From NCBI GenBank assembly GCA_964016885.1, contig OZ024755.1, positions 4,836,001-4,900,000 on the forward strand: a stretch of DNA of 64,000 nucleotides, written 5' to 3'. Under the pieces are notes generated by a model. It was given only the letters and a program-made list of their open reading frames with translations, searched no databases and had not been told where the DNA came from. Numbering within the stretch: the first letter of the stretch is position 1; each line of letters begins with the position of its first letter. The stretch comes from Eledone cirrhosa. Its lineage: Eukaryota. Both the position numbers and the translations under genes were made by a program. Positions 13,951-27,180 of this stretch are shown here, in pieces.

Positions 13951-13952
<2 letters not shown>

Positions 13953-14147
13953 ACACATTCTCTCACTTATTTTCCATTAGTCTCTAAATATATCCTTATT
14001 TACTTGAATCTGTAAGAATCTCTCTGAAGCCAAAAGGACAAGATTCTATTACATAACTAAACTTTATCACTTGATAAAAGTCGGTTACTTGCTTATTGCA
14101 GCCCTTGCTTTATGTCACCTTTGAAGCTTATATCAGTAGAAGTTAGA

Positions 14148-14186
14148 AGTTAATGTTTTCAGACTTCCTTGGTCTTCTTCAGAACT
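14148..14186 (-). ncRNA. candidate minimal type I hammerhead ribozyme (slightly degenerate)
   Basis: Minus strand AGTT CTGAAGA AGAC-CAAGGAA-GTCT GAAA ACATT AACT: intact core, 4-bp stem II, 4-bp stem I. Stem III AACATT may be CpG-decayed palindromic AACGTT. Confidence 0.5.
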
Positions 14187-14786
14187 GACATATTTGTTAA
14201 AGCTCTCATTTTATGTTTATTTATTTGACTGATAACTTTTCGAAAGTCAGTACATTGCAGTAGAAATATATAAAGGGCAAAGGATGACAAATAAAACAAA
14301 ACAGACTAATGTTGTTTTTTTTTTTTTTACTTAGTATCATCATCACCGTATTACGTCCAAAGTTAAAACATGGGAGGACTTTGATGAGTTGTAGTGCACC
14401 TGAGCACTGTACACAATAATTTCATTATTATTAAATATGAAATTCATGTCAAAAAGTGAAACTGGTGCAATATTCGCCTCCAAAGTGAAAATATTTTAGC
14501 ACCTTATTTACGTAGAATTTTGAAGTTGGTGAAAATCGGCAAAATATCGACCTCAAATTTTACCATTGATTTTTTATCACATATTTCTCAGCTTATATAC
14601 GGGTGTATTCAATAATTGTTGCTGTTTATTTTCATTGTATGCAAAAAGTTGAAGTCTTTATGAACTCTGAGCTATAAGTTTCTCAGCAATAAACTTGCTT
14701 TATCATTTCACAATAATTTTTATACTTCTGTAAACATAAAGTTGGTATCACAGATTATTTGAAATTCAATTTATCATTATACAATA

Positions 14787-14890
14787 ATTGTTTCGACTTA
14801 GGCACAAGGCCAGCAATTTGAGGGGGAGGGGAAAGTCAATGTATTACTGGTACTTTATTCTATCAACCCCCATAAGGATGAAAGGCAAAG
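14787..14890 (-). mobile_element. SINE family A, 3' fragment
   Basis: GGCACAAGGCCAGCAATT...CTGGTACTTTATT...AAGGATGAAAGGCAAAG. Confidence 0.8.
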
Positions 14891-15419
14891 GGTGGGATTA
14901 GCTTTGCTTTTCATCCTTACCAACAATGTTTATATTTCTGTAAATATAAAGTTGGAATCTCCAATACTTTCTCTTATTTGAGAGTTTTGTGAAAACCATC
15001 CCAGAATATGGCACCAAAGTAAATAAGTAAAAAAACACTATTAGTGTAAGGTTGTAGTGTAAGGTTGTATTGTATTTGTTGGTCTATTTTATGATAAGAA
15101 CTAGATTATCAGATTTATTTATAATTGATTATAACTTAAAGTGAAGAACATATATCCTTTTACAGAGATTTAATAAGTATTATCGTTAAATGTAGATTAA
15201 TTAATGACTAGTGAGGGGAAGTTTGCAAAGCCTAGGATAAAATTAGTTTCTAAAATATCCTCTTGCAAATCTGTCTCCTTAGTCATTGACACAAATTATA
15301 TATTTATTTCACATAATTATGCATATGAATATTCATTTTTTTTTTTCATTTCCTTTATTCCTGTAACTTTTGGGGGAGTCATAGGGGCGTCATGTTGAAA
15401 TACAGTATTTCTTTGGCAT

Positions 15420-15520
15420 TTTTTAAAACCTGGTGGGGCACATATCCTCTCCAGGTCTGAATACAGCAGATTTCTTCCAAAGAAGGAAAGAAAGAGTGAG
15501 AGAATGGAAGTGAGAAAGAT
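15420..15520. repeat. unclassified dispersed repeat
   Basis: AAAACCTGG...CCTCTCCAGGTCT..AATACAGCAGATTTCTTCCA.AGAAGGA recurs at ~32397 and ~37158. Confidence 0.6.
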
Positions 15521-15529
15521 ATAGAGGAA

Positions 15530-15770
15530 GAATCGACTCCAGTATTAGACTGGTACTTTTAGGATAGAGAGAGAGTGAGAGAATGGAAGTGAGAAAGAGA
15601 TATAGAAGAAGAATCAGCCCTGTAATAGACTGGTACTTTTTTATTGACCTCAAATCGATAAAAGGCAAAGTTGACTTTGGTGAGATTTGAATTCAGAGAG
15701 CAGACAGCTAAAACAAATCCTGCAAAGCATTTTCTCTGATGTTCTAATGACTCTGCCAATTTGCTGCCTT
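15530..15770 (-). mobile_element. SINE family A, older subfamily
   Basis: CTGGTACTTT...AAAGGCAAAGTTGAC...GATTTGAATTCAG with a degenerate A box TGGCAGAGTCATTAG. Confidence 0.7.
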
Positions 15771-16024
15771 GCATACATATATACAATGTTTAAAAAGAGA
15801 GAGAGAGAGAAAATGTGAAAGGAAACACACACACTCAATTACAGACAACTATAAAAGGCTTAACATTTTCTCCATTCTGTCTGCTGGGATGATGAGGGTA
15901 CTTGCTCCTACAAGCCAGAGTATTCTCCCAGATTATCTGGTTCATGTTATTGCTGTACCAGAGAAGGTTTTCACACACTGTCCAGTCCATGTTAATGGGG
16001 TAATGATGATTGAGTATACTACAG

Positions 16025-16067
<43 letters not shown>

Positions 16068-16496
16068 GTGGGACAAATGATCAATAGTATTAATCTTCCT
16101 CATCAGCCAACCTTCTGGGAATGTAATTTTGTACATAAGAGTGGTATTGCATAGTACTGAGCCCAGGTTACACAACAGTTTAGAATAAGCCACCAAAAAG
16201 ATATATATCACACAACACACAACAACATAGAGATAAATTAAATTAATAACACTCAATTTAACTCTCTGTTTCCTTTGTTACCCACCAAAATATCAGTTCT
16301 TTTGCTACAACAGCCAAAAATAAATAGATAAATATATTAATGGATGCTACCTTGTAATAGGACTACTTTCTCTTCTCTCTTGTCTTTATTTCCTCTCTAC
16401 CATAAACTTGTTGACTGGAAGAAGACCATTCACAGCACCAGAAATTAGTTTGATATTTTCATAAAATGTCACAGTTGTCATTATTGAATCATATAT

Positions 16497-17660
16497 AATA
16501 ATAATGAAATATTGTGTACAGTGCTCAGGTGCACTCATCAAAAGTGTATGTATAGTACATAGGGGAATGTACAAACGTCAGGAAAATGAACAGTGCATGA
16601 GTCATGATATACACGTGTGCATGTGTATGGAAGGGGTACATCAGGTGTAGTTTTGGCGTATTTCGGGAAGAATGAGTGTCTTAAAGGATGCAGTGTCTCG
16701 GCAGCTAACAACTGATGCAGGCAGTTTGTTCCATGCTTCAGCAACTCTGAGCGTGAAAAAATGTTTACGAAAGTCATGGGAGCTGTGCTGTTTTCTGATT
16801 TTGTAGGCATGTCCACGTGTGTTAGACACATGGAGATCAAAAAGGTGCTCAGGGTTGTTGTTGGCGAGATGGTTAATAACTTTGTGGGTATTTACCAAGT
16901 CCATTGCCAGACGTTGAAGCTTCAATGAATCCATGCCCAGGGAAGCAAGGCGTTCAGAGTATGGTAGGTGTCTGATGGAGGGTATGCGCTTGGTTGCACG
17001 TCTCTGAACAGTTTCCAGGCGGTCAATGTTCTGAGCAAGATAGGGGTTCCAGACTGATGATGCGAATTCCAAGTGTGGTCGTACCATAGCTGTATACAGT
17101 TTTAAATAAATGGCTGGAGAGCGGCTAACAAAGGTCTTGCTGAGTGATGCCAAGACACCCTCAGCCTTCTTGACAATCTTAGAAACATGCTTTGCCCAAC
17201 GCAAATCGCTGCTGACAGTAATGCCCAGGTCACGTGCACAAGAGGACTTCTTGATATCAGTGTTGTGGAGGGAGTATGTGGACGCTGGATTTTTCCTCCC
17301 AAAATGCATGGTGGTACACTTGTCCACAGCCAGCTTCAGTTGCCAGTCTGTGATCCATTGCTGCATTGTGTCCAGGTCTGATTGTAGGAAAGAGTTGTAG
17401 ATTTCAGGATCAGTCCTTTTGATTTCAAGGTACAGCTTGATGTCATCTGCATATTTCAATTCTGTAAGTTGGCATCTATGTCATTAATATATGCCATAAA
17501 CAAAAGGGGACCAAGAACAGATCCCTGTGGTACACCAGATGACATCTCATATGGTGAAGAATGCTGTCCTAGAACCGTGACTACCTCTTTTCGGCTGAGA
17601 ATGAAGGATTTCCACCAGTCGAAAAGATTATCCCTCACACCCATTGCAGAGAGTTTTGCC
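16497..17660 (-). mobile_element. 5'-truncated CR1-clade LINE (RT C-terminal half plus 3' UTR), frameshifted
   Basis: SGVPQGSVLGPLLF..YIND in ORF 17456-17671 continues after a frameshift/deletion into YADD, RDLGI, LYTAMVRPHLEF..SVWNP, TRGH and FF..RV...WNKLP in ORF 16641-17459. The 3' end is an (ATT)n tail. Confidence 0.93.
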
Positions 17661-17954
17661 ATATGTCTCATGTGTCAGTTTAAAGTTGATGGAAGCCATG
17701 AAAAACAAACAAGTCTACACATTTTTGCTAAAATTATACTCAAACATCAGATACAGATAATATGGCCCACAAGAGAAAAAAAAAGAGATAAACTTCACTG
17801 AAATATTTAACAATATGGTTTATTTTTGCAATAGATTCTTCTCAGTTAAAAGAAGGAACAGACTGTTCAGCTGAATATAGTTTTATGGACAATCAAATAT
17901 TGTTCTAATTATATTGGTACAAATGAACTGAAACAGTTTAATATGTGTTAAACA

Positions 17955-18065
17955 TTCCCGGTTCCAGAACTCCGGGCAAGGTTGTTTGTAGAAGACCAGC
18001 AGTCACCATGTACACCTGTCTCCTCTTCTGCATGTCACCGATGTTATCCAAGGGAAAAGCAAAAC
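17955..18065 (-). mobile_element. probable RTE LINE 5' UTR fragment
   Basis: Minus strand TTTCCCTTGGATAACATCGGTG...GACTGCTGGTCTTC...AACAACCTTGCCCGGA. A related piece is at 25720-25753. Confidence 0.4.
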
Positions 18066-19319
18066 AGAATCAGGATTAATAGGTGTGATGCCAAAAGGAG
18101 GGATTCTTGACCAAATTAGACCTAAATATTCCCAATTACCAGGTGAAACAGAATCAGGTGAAATAGGATCAGGTAAAATAGGTGTGAAGCCCAAAAGATA
18201 CAATGAAACAGAAAGATTTGCAATGAATGTAATATTATGTTTCGTGAATTAATAATCTAATTCTTGACTTTATTTCTATCAATACATTAATCTCAACGTG
18301 GAATAATCACATATTGTAAACATTTATATCAATCACCTATTGTGGAATAAATTATAGGAAAATAAGGGAATAAATATAGTAGAAACAATGTTGTCTCTGA
18401 TCGAGATGAAGTGAGTGTATCAATGGGTTTTAATGATTGTTTTAGTGATGAGTTTTCTCATTTTTATATGCATTCAATCAAATATAGTAGAATTTCAAGA
18501 GGAAAATTTTTAGAGTGGTGTTTGTAATAATGATGAAAACACGTTATTTCTTGGTAAATGTCAACACACTTGATAACTTGTTGTCAAGCCACTTCTGGTG
18601 ACCCAAAACCTTATGAAGGGAATGCTACGAAGATATTGTAAGAAGAGAAAGAGGTTAGAGCAACTTATGCTTTACAAAAGATGCAAATATTTTCATTCAT
18701 TTTTCAATTCTAACTTCTTTAATATCGACCACAGCTCCCTTTCCCTCTCCCCCTCTCTCTCCCTCTCTCACAAATATTTGCTGTTTCTCCTGAAATAATT
18801 GCAGCTGTCAGTGTAAATGTTAAATATAATGGTGTCATGTACACATATATGAGTATACATACAAACACATAGACAGACATACACATATATATACACATAC
18901 AAATACACATGTGTATATACACATACATATATATATATATACATACACACACATACATGTATACACAGACCCAGACACATTATCTGTTCCCTTCTATTTA
19001 TGGAAGTTTAATGGCTGACTGTCAGCACATCAGAATAACAAACAACCCAGGAATCATCTAAGCCCTAAAAATACATAATATACTATTACTCTGTGTGTGT
19101 GCACGTATGTGTGAGTGTATGTAGTATGTATTCCTGTGTGTGTGTGTGTGTGTGTGTGTGTATCCCAAACCCTGAAGTACATCAGAATTGCTAGAATGGT
19201 AGATTTAGTGAGAGTCCCTTCAACACAGTCTGTGATAGAACAGTCTGACAAAAAAACTTCAAATCAAAAAGATGAAAGACAGATGGGGCCAGTATGTGGC
19301 AAAACTACTCACACACTCA

Positions 19320-19322
<3 letters not shown>

Positions 19323-19375
<53 letters not shown>

Positions 19376-19633
19376 TATATATATATATATATACAGATAT
19401 ATATATATATATATACAGATATATATATATATATATACAGATATATATATATACAGATATATATATATATATATACAGATATATATATATATATACAGAT
19501 ATATATATATATATATATACAGATATATATATAGATATATATACAGATATATAGATATATATATATACAGATATATATATATATATATATATACAGATAT
19601 ATATAGATATATACAGATATATATATATATATA
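19323..19633. repeat. (TA)n with periodic CAGA interruptions
   Basis: Directly visible. Confidence 0.95.
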
Positions 19634-19634
19634 T

Positions 19635-19756
19635 GTGGTGGCTGCCAACTCGTTTTCGAGTACGGCCACTACTTTATATCCATGTAGGAGAAGCCCTACC
19701 GATGGATGCTGCGCTGAGTGTGACTTTTTAGTCCAGCCATCGACTTGAAAACTCTA

Positions 19757-19791
<35 letters not shown>

Positions 19792-19869
19792 TATAGTAAT
19801 AATAATAAATTTGAAGACTAAAATACATACATACATATATACAGATATATATACATACACCCCATATGT

Positions 19870-19913
<44 letters not shown>

Positions 19914-20371
19914 AAAGGGCAAAGGGCAAAGGAGCTCTGAAGAGTCAATGGCCATCCAAAATCACCGGGAGAGATGACCCCTTAGCCTTTGTCAAGGCAG
20001 AATTCTAGGAGAAGGAAAACTCTGATATAACACCTGCAACCCTGATGGTATCCAATGATGTTGACTTGTTCTTCTTTTTGGTAAATATCATCTGGGTTAA
20101 GAGAGTGGGACTGGCTTTGTGCAGTGCCTTTGCTCACTATAAAAGCTTCACAGCACAGGCATTGCTTTATATCTGGAGATCTCTCTGCACTTGTCGTCAC
20201 ATGGTACCATGGGCCCAGCACTATGTGTCAATAATTGTCACAGGTGTAGTGTTTGTACCAGAGTTTTCAAGTCGCTGGACTAAAAAGTCACACTCGTTCA
20301 GCGCACCGGTAGGGGTTCTCCTACATGGATATAAATTAGTGGCCGTACTCGAAAACGAGTTGGCAGCCACC
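19635..20371. mobile_element. element bounded by ~120-bp inverted repeats, inserted in (TA)n
   Basis: 19635-19760 (GTGGCTGCCAACTCGTTTTCGAGTACGGCC...GACTTGAAAACTCTAGTAC) is the reverse complement of 20255-20371. CpG-rich, with TA tracts outside both ends. Confidence 0.75.
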
Positions 20372-20402
<31 letters not shown>

Positions 20403-20460
20403 ATATATATGTATCCCACATCCTACCTTCTGTATATTAATGATCTAGCTAGCTGTTAGT

Positions 20461-20492
<32 letters not shown>

Positions 20493-20622
20493 TCTTCTTT
20501 CATACATCCCCACCACACAACACACCCACAGATGTCCTTCCACCACACTTGAACTGTTTCTCTGAACAGACCAACCTCAAACCATTTCTCAGTCAATATA
20601 TGACAACCTCCTCCTCCCTTCT

Positions 20623-20691
<69 letters not shown>

Positions 20692-20736
20692 ATTCATCCA
20701 CATCTTTGTGGTAAAACCTGATCCAACATTAACTGC

Positions 20737-22087
20737 CTCAGTTCTCCACCAAATAGTTCTGTATATTCCTCAGTTCTCCACCAAATAGTTCTCTATATTC
20801 CTCAGTTCTCCACCAAATAGTTCTCTATATTCCTCAGTTCTCCACCAAATAGTTCTCTATATTCCTCAGTTCTTCCCCAAATAGTTCTGTATATTCCTCA
20901 GTTCTTCACCAAATAGTTCTCTATATTCCTCAGTTCTCCACCAAATAGTTCTCTATATTCCTCAGTTCTCCACCAAATAGTTCTCTATATTCCTCAGTTC
21001 TCCACCAAATAGTTCTCTATATTCCTCAGTTCTCCACCAAATAGTTCTCTATATTCCTCAGTTCTCCACCAAATAGTTCTCTATATTCCTCAGTTCTCCA
21101 CCAAATAGTTCTCTATATTCCTCAGTTCTCCACCAAATAGTTCTGTATATTCCTCAGTTCTTCACCAAATAGTTCTCTATATTCCTCAGTTCTCCACCAA
21201 ATAGTTCTGTATATTCCTCAGTTCTTCACCAAATAGTTCTCTATATTCCTCAGTTCTCCACCAAATAGTTCTCTATATTCCTCAGTTCTCCACCAAATAG
21301 TTCTGTATATTCCTCAGTTCTTCCCCAAATAGTTCTCTATATTCCTCAGTTCTTCCCCAAATAGTTCTCTATATTCCTCAGTTCTCCACCAAATAGTTCT
21401 CTATATTCCTCAGTTCTTCCCCAAATAGTTCTCTATATTCCTCAGTTCTTCCCCAAATAGTTCTCTATATTCCTCAGTTCTCCACCAAATAGTTCTCTAT
21501 ATTCCTCAGTTCTCCACCAAATAGTTCTGTATATTCCTCAGTTCTTCCCCAAATAGTTCTCTATATTCCTCAGTTCTTCCCCAAATAGTTCTCTATATTC
21601 CTCAGTTCTCCACCAAATAGTTCTCTATATTCCTCAGTTCTCCACCAAATAGTTCTCTATATTCCTCAGTTCTTCCCCAAATAGTTCTCTATATTCCTCA
21701 GTTCTCCACCAAATAGTTCTCTATATTCCTCAGTTCTCCACCAAATAGTTCTCTATATTCCTCAGTTCTCCACCAAATAGTTCTCTATATTCCTCAGTTC
21801 TTCCCCAAATAGTTCTCTATATTCCTCAGTTCTCCACCAAATAGTTCTCTATATTCCTCAGTTCTCCACCAAATAGTTCTCTATATTCCTCAGTTCTTCC
21901 CCAAATAGTTCTCTATATTCCTCAGTTCTTCACCAAATAGTTCTCTATATTCCTCAGTTCTCCACCAAATAGTTCTCTATATTCCTCAGTTCTCCACCAA
22001 ATAGTTCTCTATATTCCTCAGTTCTCCACCAAATAGTTCTCTATATTCCTCAGTTCTTCACCAAATAGTTCTCTATATTCCTCAGTT
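20737..22087. repeat. 32-bp minisatellite, ~42 copies
   Basis: Unit CTCAGTTCTCCACCAAATAGTTCTCTATATTC with TCCC/TCAC and CTGT variants. Confidence 0.97.
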
Positions 22088-22254
22088 ATCACCATCAGAT
22101 GAAATCCACTGATGACAACCTAGTCTCTATTAACATCCCCAAAATATAGTTCTTACACTTATTAACTCTCTGGCCTATGAAACAAAACCACCCATCAGAA
22201 AAGATTCTTATTTTAAATATAATCTTGCAACATTCACTCACAGCTCCGATACTA

Positions 22255-22480
22255 TGTGCATGTGGCCAGAATGTCTCAGGAAAGAATTGCCGCACAGATA
22301 TTACAAGCAGCAGGAGACCCAAAGGTAGACCCAGAGCGAGCAAGATGGTTGGATAACATCCATAAGCTTGGCTGGTCTTGGGAATCCAGCTGGATCAGTT
22401 GGAGACAGTTGCTTCTGACAGGAACCACTGGAAGGAGTCTTTCAGGACTCTGCCCCCATCACCGTAGGTGAAGAAGAAGA
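22255..22480 (+). mobile_element. RTE LINE C-terminal / 3' fragment
   Basis: HVARMSQERIAAQIL...ARWLDNI followed by a (GAA)n tail. Homologous copy at 59770-59985. Confidence 0.75.
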
Positions 22481-22504
22481 TCCTCCAAATTAATTTATAT
22501 AAGA

Positions 22505-22625
22505 ACCACAATTTTGGGAGAGGGGAAATTTGATTAAATCAATCCCAGTGCATTACTGGTACTTTATTTTATCAACCTTGTAAGGATGAAAGGCAAAACT
22601 AACCTCACCAGATCATAAAGGGTTT
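22505..22625 (-). mobile_element. SINE family A fragment
   Basis: CTGGTACTTTATTTTATCAACC..TAAGGATGAAAGGCAAAA. Confidence 0.75.
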
Positions 22626-25029
22626 TAGGGATATATATATGAGTGTTTATGTATATGGATGACAATGTCTTTATTCAGTTCTGAATAAATCTATGTATTT
22701 CTGTCTTGTACACCTTTCAAGTCAAAATTCTTAGAAAAACAAATCTGTAAGTTTTCTATGACGAAAAATAATTTCATCATATATTCCTATTTTGGTTTAT
22801 AACTTGGTAATTCACCTATTTCAGGTCTGTGATTCTGTTTTTAGTTGTTCTTTAGCATGGCTTTAATTTATAAACATGTGATCTTCATTTACTTCCATCC
22901 CTTGAGGATGTTCCCAAACTTCAGTATACTGTATGAGATATTCACCTTGGCATTAAATTAAACCATTATTGTCCTCAGCTTTTACATCATCATCATCATC
23001 ATAGATAATAATAATGCTTTCTTTATATGATAATAATAATAAAAATTGTTTTTATTACCCAACATATTTCAGCATAATATTTCAGGGCTAATACCACCTT
23101 GTCAAATGTAAAAATTAAAACAGTTTTAAACAAAACAAACGATCGATGTGTTCATTTCTAACTGGTCTAAGTGTCTGGTTTACGCATGTGTATGTTTAAA
23201 AATAAAAGTTAGCTGGAATTTAGAAGAAATGTATGTGTGAGAAGGTCTGTTGTAAACAAAACACATAGAACACTTCTTAATATATTTTTGTTTAAATCCC
23301 TCTGAGATGGAGTTTGCGTTTAATTTCTCTGTCAAGTACAAGGACCAGTTGTTTCAACTATGCCTCCTTTAAAATGTCTGGTCTTTTGTCAATATGAGAA
23401 AGTTATATATTTCTGTTCTGTCTAGTTTTACAATTGAGCTAACCCTAAAAAAAACATCCTTCCAAGTGACTCTAACCTTTTATTCTCTACAAAGATATTT
23501 ATAAATGGAAGGGAAGGGCTGGGCTGATATTTACTTTAAACAACACAGTCAGGATTCCAGACTTTTTAGTTAGTGCTACAGTGCAAATATAGATTTTTTA
23601 TTTTACTTTTTCTATGTTGATTATATAATATATTCTTGTTTTTTTTATATATATACATAATAGTAGTGTGTTTGTTTGAGGGAGTTTGGGCTGCTATTTA
23701 TAGAAGGTTGAATGACAATATAGGCTCCTTAGTTGATTAGATGAGTGTATGAATGTGTGTGTGTGTGTGTCTGCAAGTACCTATATATATATGCCTATGT
23801 GTGTGTGTGTGTACGTATCTATATATGTGCCTGTATGTGTGTCCTTGGAGACCACATCTTGCTCATACAGATCTGTATTTTGACTTGGTTACCCCTCTTG
23901 ACACTCATCCCAAAGAAATTATAAATAACAATACCAAACCCCATTTGCTAGGTAACGTTTAAACTGTTTGATACCAAACTGCTTGAAACCATTTTAGATC
24001 TGGTAAAAGAGCAACTCAAGTGTTGAGCCCTATATGACACTGATTGATACTAGTTTCAAGATATCTGGAGCTACTCTCTTCTAAACACTGAACCCTATTT
24101 TCTGGGTAACCTTTAAACCTTTTCATATCAAACTGCTTGAAACTACTTTAAATTTATAATAAAAAAACTTCACATTTTGAAGTGTTGGATTTTAAAACCT
24201 TTCAGCTTAATTTTATGTAAGAAATTTTTCTCAAGGAATGTTCCAAGAATCAGCTTTGTTATAGAAAATGTTAGATATTTTACTAAATTCCTCAAATATA
24301 TATAGTTTTTTTTTTTATTTTAAAAATTAATTGAAACATGTTGGCAGTGTCTTTCATTAGAAATATGGTAACACAAGTCTTAAATCATCCATTTTCTATA
24401 CATCTATAGATTTGTGAGTTTAACCAGTATTTGGTAGCCCAGGGTATCAAAAGGTACAGAAATATTGTAAAAATTAATCTAGTTATATTTAATTAGAGAG
24501 TTATTTGGAATTGGCAGCGATTTTTACCAAGATTTTACAATTACATAAATATGTTCCAGTTTTGTAATTATAATTTACACACATACATTCACATACATAG
24601 ACACATACATACACATATACATAGATACATACACACATATACATACTCACACATACACAATACACACACAAACAACACTTATACACATACATATATATAC
24701 CCATACACACAGAGACAGACACACACCCACACACAGGGTTAATTAATATCAAAACAGTAAGGTAGTGTATATTTTGTCCACCATAAATTACTGACCATAT
24801 GTCAACGACATAAACTATTTTAATACTCTTCATTCTTTAACACAATGTCATTCATTTGTTACTATAATTCTAATACAAAGACTACTTCTTTTTCGTGGGG
24901 TGGGGGTAGGGGGGTCGATTAGGGGTATGGGTGTGGTGGGGCAACAGAATAAAAAAGAATAAAATAGAATTCAGTATGTTTGGTTCTACTTCAATTCTTC
25001 CTAAATCCAAATTCCAAAGTAAACAAGTA

Positions 25030-25215
25030 TTGGCAGTATCGGTAGAGGGTCGGACGCCATGCTTTGACGCATAGAGTTACGGCCCTTGCCATTCTGAGTT
25101 CAAATCCCGCCGAGGTTAACTTTGCCTTTCATCCTTACGGGGGGGCGATAAAATAAAGTACCAGTAATGTACTGGGGTAATTGCTGGCCTTGTGCCAAAA
25201 GTAGAAACAATTATT
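25030..25215 (+). mobile_element. SINE family A
   Basis: Intact A and B boxes, core and 3' end; CpGs retained, so probably young. Confidence 0.9.
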
Positions 25216-25224
25216 TGATAAACA

Positions 25225-25417
25225 GTTGGTGGATTGAGAGTATCGGTAGAAGGTCGGGCGCCATGCTTTGCAGCATAGAGTTGCGCTCCTTTACGGTCTG
25301 AAGTTCAAATCGTGTCAAGGTTAACTTTACCTTTCATCCTTACGGAGGGCGATAAAATAAAGTACCAGTAATGTACTGAGGTAATTACTGGCCTTGTGCC
25401 AATAGTAGAAACAATTA
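25225..25417 (+). mobile_element. SINE family A (tandem second copy)
   Basis: Same structure, more diverged. Confidence 0.88.
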
Positions 25418-25437
25418 TTTAATAAACAGTAATATAT

Positions 25438-25657
25438 TGATTTCTGATATAGGTACAAGGCCAGCAATTTTGGGGGAAGAGGAAAGTCAGTCAAATTGAC
25501 TCCAGCGTATTACTGGTACTTTATTTTATCGACCCCTGGAAGGATGAAAAGCAAAGCTAACCTTGCCAGGATTTGAACTCAGATCGTAAAGGACCGTAAC
25601 TCTATGCCATAAAGCATGTTGTCTGACGCTCTACCGATACTGCCAATCCACTGCCCT
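25438..25657 (-). mobile_element. SINE family A (long subfamily)
   Basis: Full length on the minus strand; 18-bp TSD TAATAAACAGTAATATAT. Confidence 0.9.
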
Positions 25658-25805
25658 AATAAACAGTAATATATCAAATATATCAAATACCAGTTATATA
25701 CTAAGGGAGATGACTAAGGGAGTTCCCCTCCAAGGTACAAGCCTGGGCAAGGTAGGCCCTTCTCATCAATTATTACTAGTCTTGTGTCGTCTACCTTATC
25801 ATTAA

Positions 25806-26026
25806 CCTTTTACCATTTACATTACTCTATATTTACTATTGTATTTTTGTGGTAAAGGTTTTATCTCACATAATTATCTCACATAATATCAAATCTATGA
25901 GATTTTGCTGTTATTTATTTTGAGAACAATACCTTAACGTCAGTATGAGTAGCCAGTTACGGCTGGTTTGAACAGAAAGAGGTGAGAGAATTCTGACCGG
26001 ATGTGACCGGTTTAAATGCTAAAGGG
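25806..26026. mobile_element. piggyBac-like MITE
   Basis: TTAA at both ends; TIRs CCTTTTACCATTTA / TAAATGCTAAAGGG. Confidence 0.85.
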
Positions 26027-26380
26027 TTAATTTTGATCCTAAAAAGGTTAACTGGTCTAAAACATAAATCAGAAGAATAAATATAATATACTTTCACAGT
26101 GAACCAAATTCTTAGCAACATCTTAGCAACATCTTAGCAACATCTTAGCATCTTCTTGGCATCATCTTAGCGTTGGTAAATAATTTATTCAAAGAATTTG
26201 AAAGGTTTTGCCATCAGTGTCATTTTATCTCAGTATAGACATCATATTCTATATTATTTTGTTTTGAAAATTGTTGTTGTTGTTGATGGTGATTGGTGTT
26301 GTTGTTGTAGTTGTTGTTGCTGGTGGTGATGATTGGTGTTGTTGGTGGTGGTGTTATTGCTGTTGTTGTTCCCAGTGTGA

Positions 26381-26461
<81 letters not shown>

Positions 26462-26713
26462 ACCACAATAAATGTCTGTGCAAGCAAGAGAGTAGATAAA
26501 CTGAAATTATTACAAGTGCAATTTCAAGATTCTCATGGATTCTGATATGTTGGATGAATAGTTTTTTTATGTTCTTCTCTCAGAATCTCAGAAATAATGT
26601 AAACCCTGTTTTATATTAGCACGTAAATAAATACGACAACAACAGCAACAACAAACACAAGCTGCCAAAGGTTTAGAAAATGTTCAACTGAACAAACTGA
26701 AGAAAGGACACAC

Positions 26714-27180
26714 GTCACCATCACCATTACCACCGTCATCATCATTACTGTCATCATCATCACCACCGTCATCATTACTGTCATCATCATCACCACCATC
26801 ATCATCGACATCACCATCACCACAATCACCACCACCATCATCATCATCATCATCACCTCCACAATCACCATCGTCACCACCATCATCATTCATCACCACC
26901 ATCATCATCATCACCACATCACCACATCACCACCACCACCACCATCATCACCATCACCACCACCATCACCATCACCATCATCATCACCACCACCATCATC
27001 ATCATCACCACATCACCACCACCACCATCATCATCATCACCACCACCACCACCATCATCACCATCACCACCACCATCACCATCACCATCATCATCACCAC
27101 CACCATCATCATCATCACCACATCACCACCACCACCACCACCATCATCACCACATCACCACCACCATCACCATCATCACC
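26714..27180. repeat. (CAT/CAC)n microsatellite
   Basis: Directly visible; apparently an expanded tail of the adjacent family C element. Confidence 0.95.

Noticed and set aside
16641-17671. Active autonomous LINE or domesticated RT gene
   Set aside because: 5'-truncated within the RT and frameshifted just before YADD.
20255-20312. Minus-strand CTGAACGA...GAAAAC..GTA motif in the inverted-repeat arm
   Set aside because: Extra core nucleotide, no stem I, and not conserved in the other arm.
20737-22087. CRISPR-like 32-bp repeat array
   Set aside because: Repeats are head-to-tail with no unique spacers, there are no cas genes, and the context is eukaryotic. The same applies to the 29-bp and 57-bp arrays.
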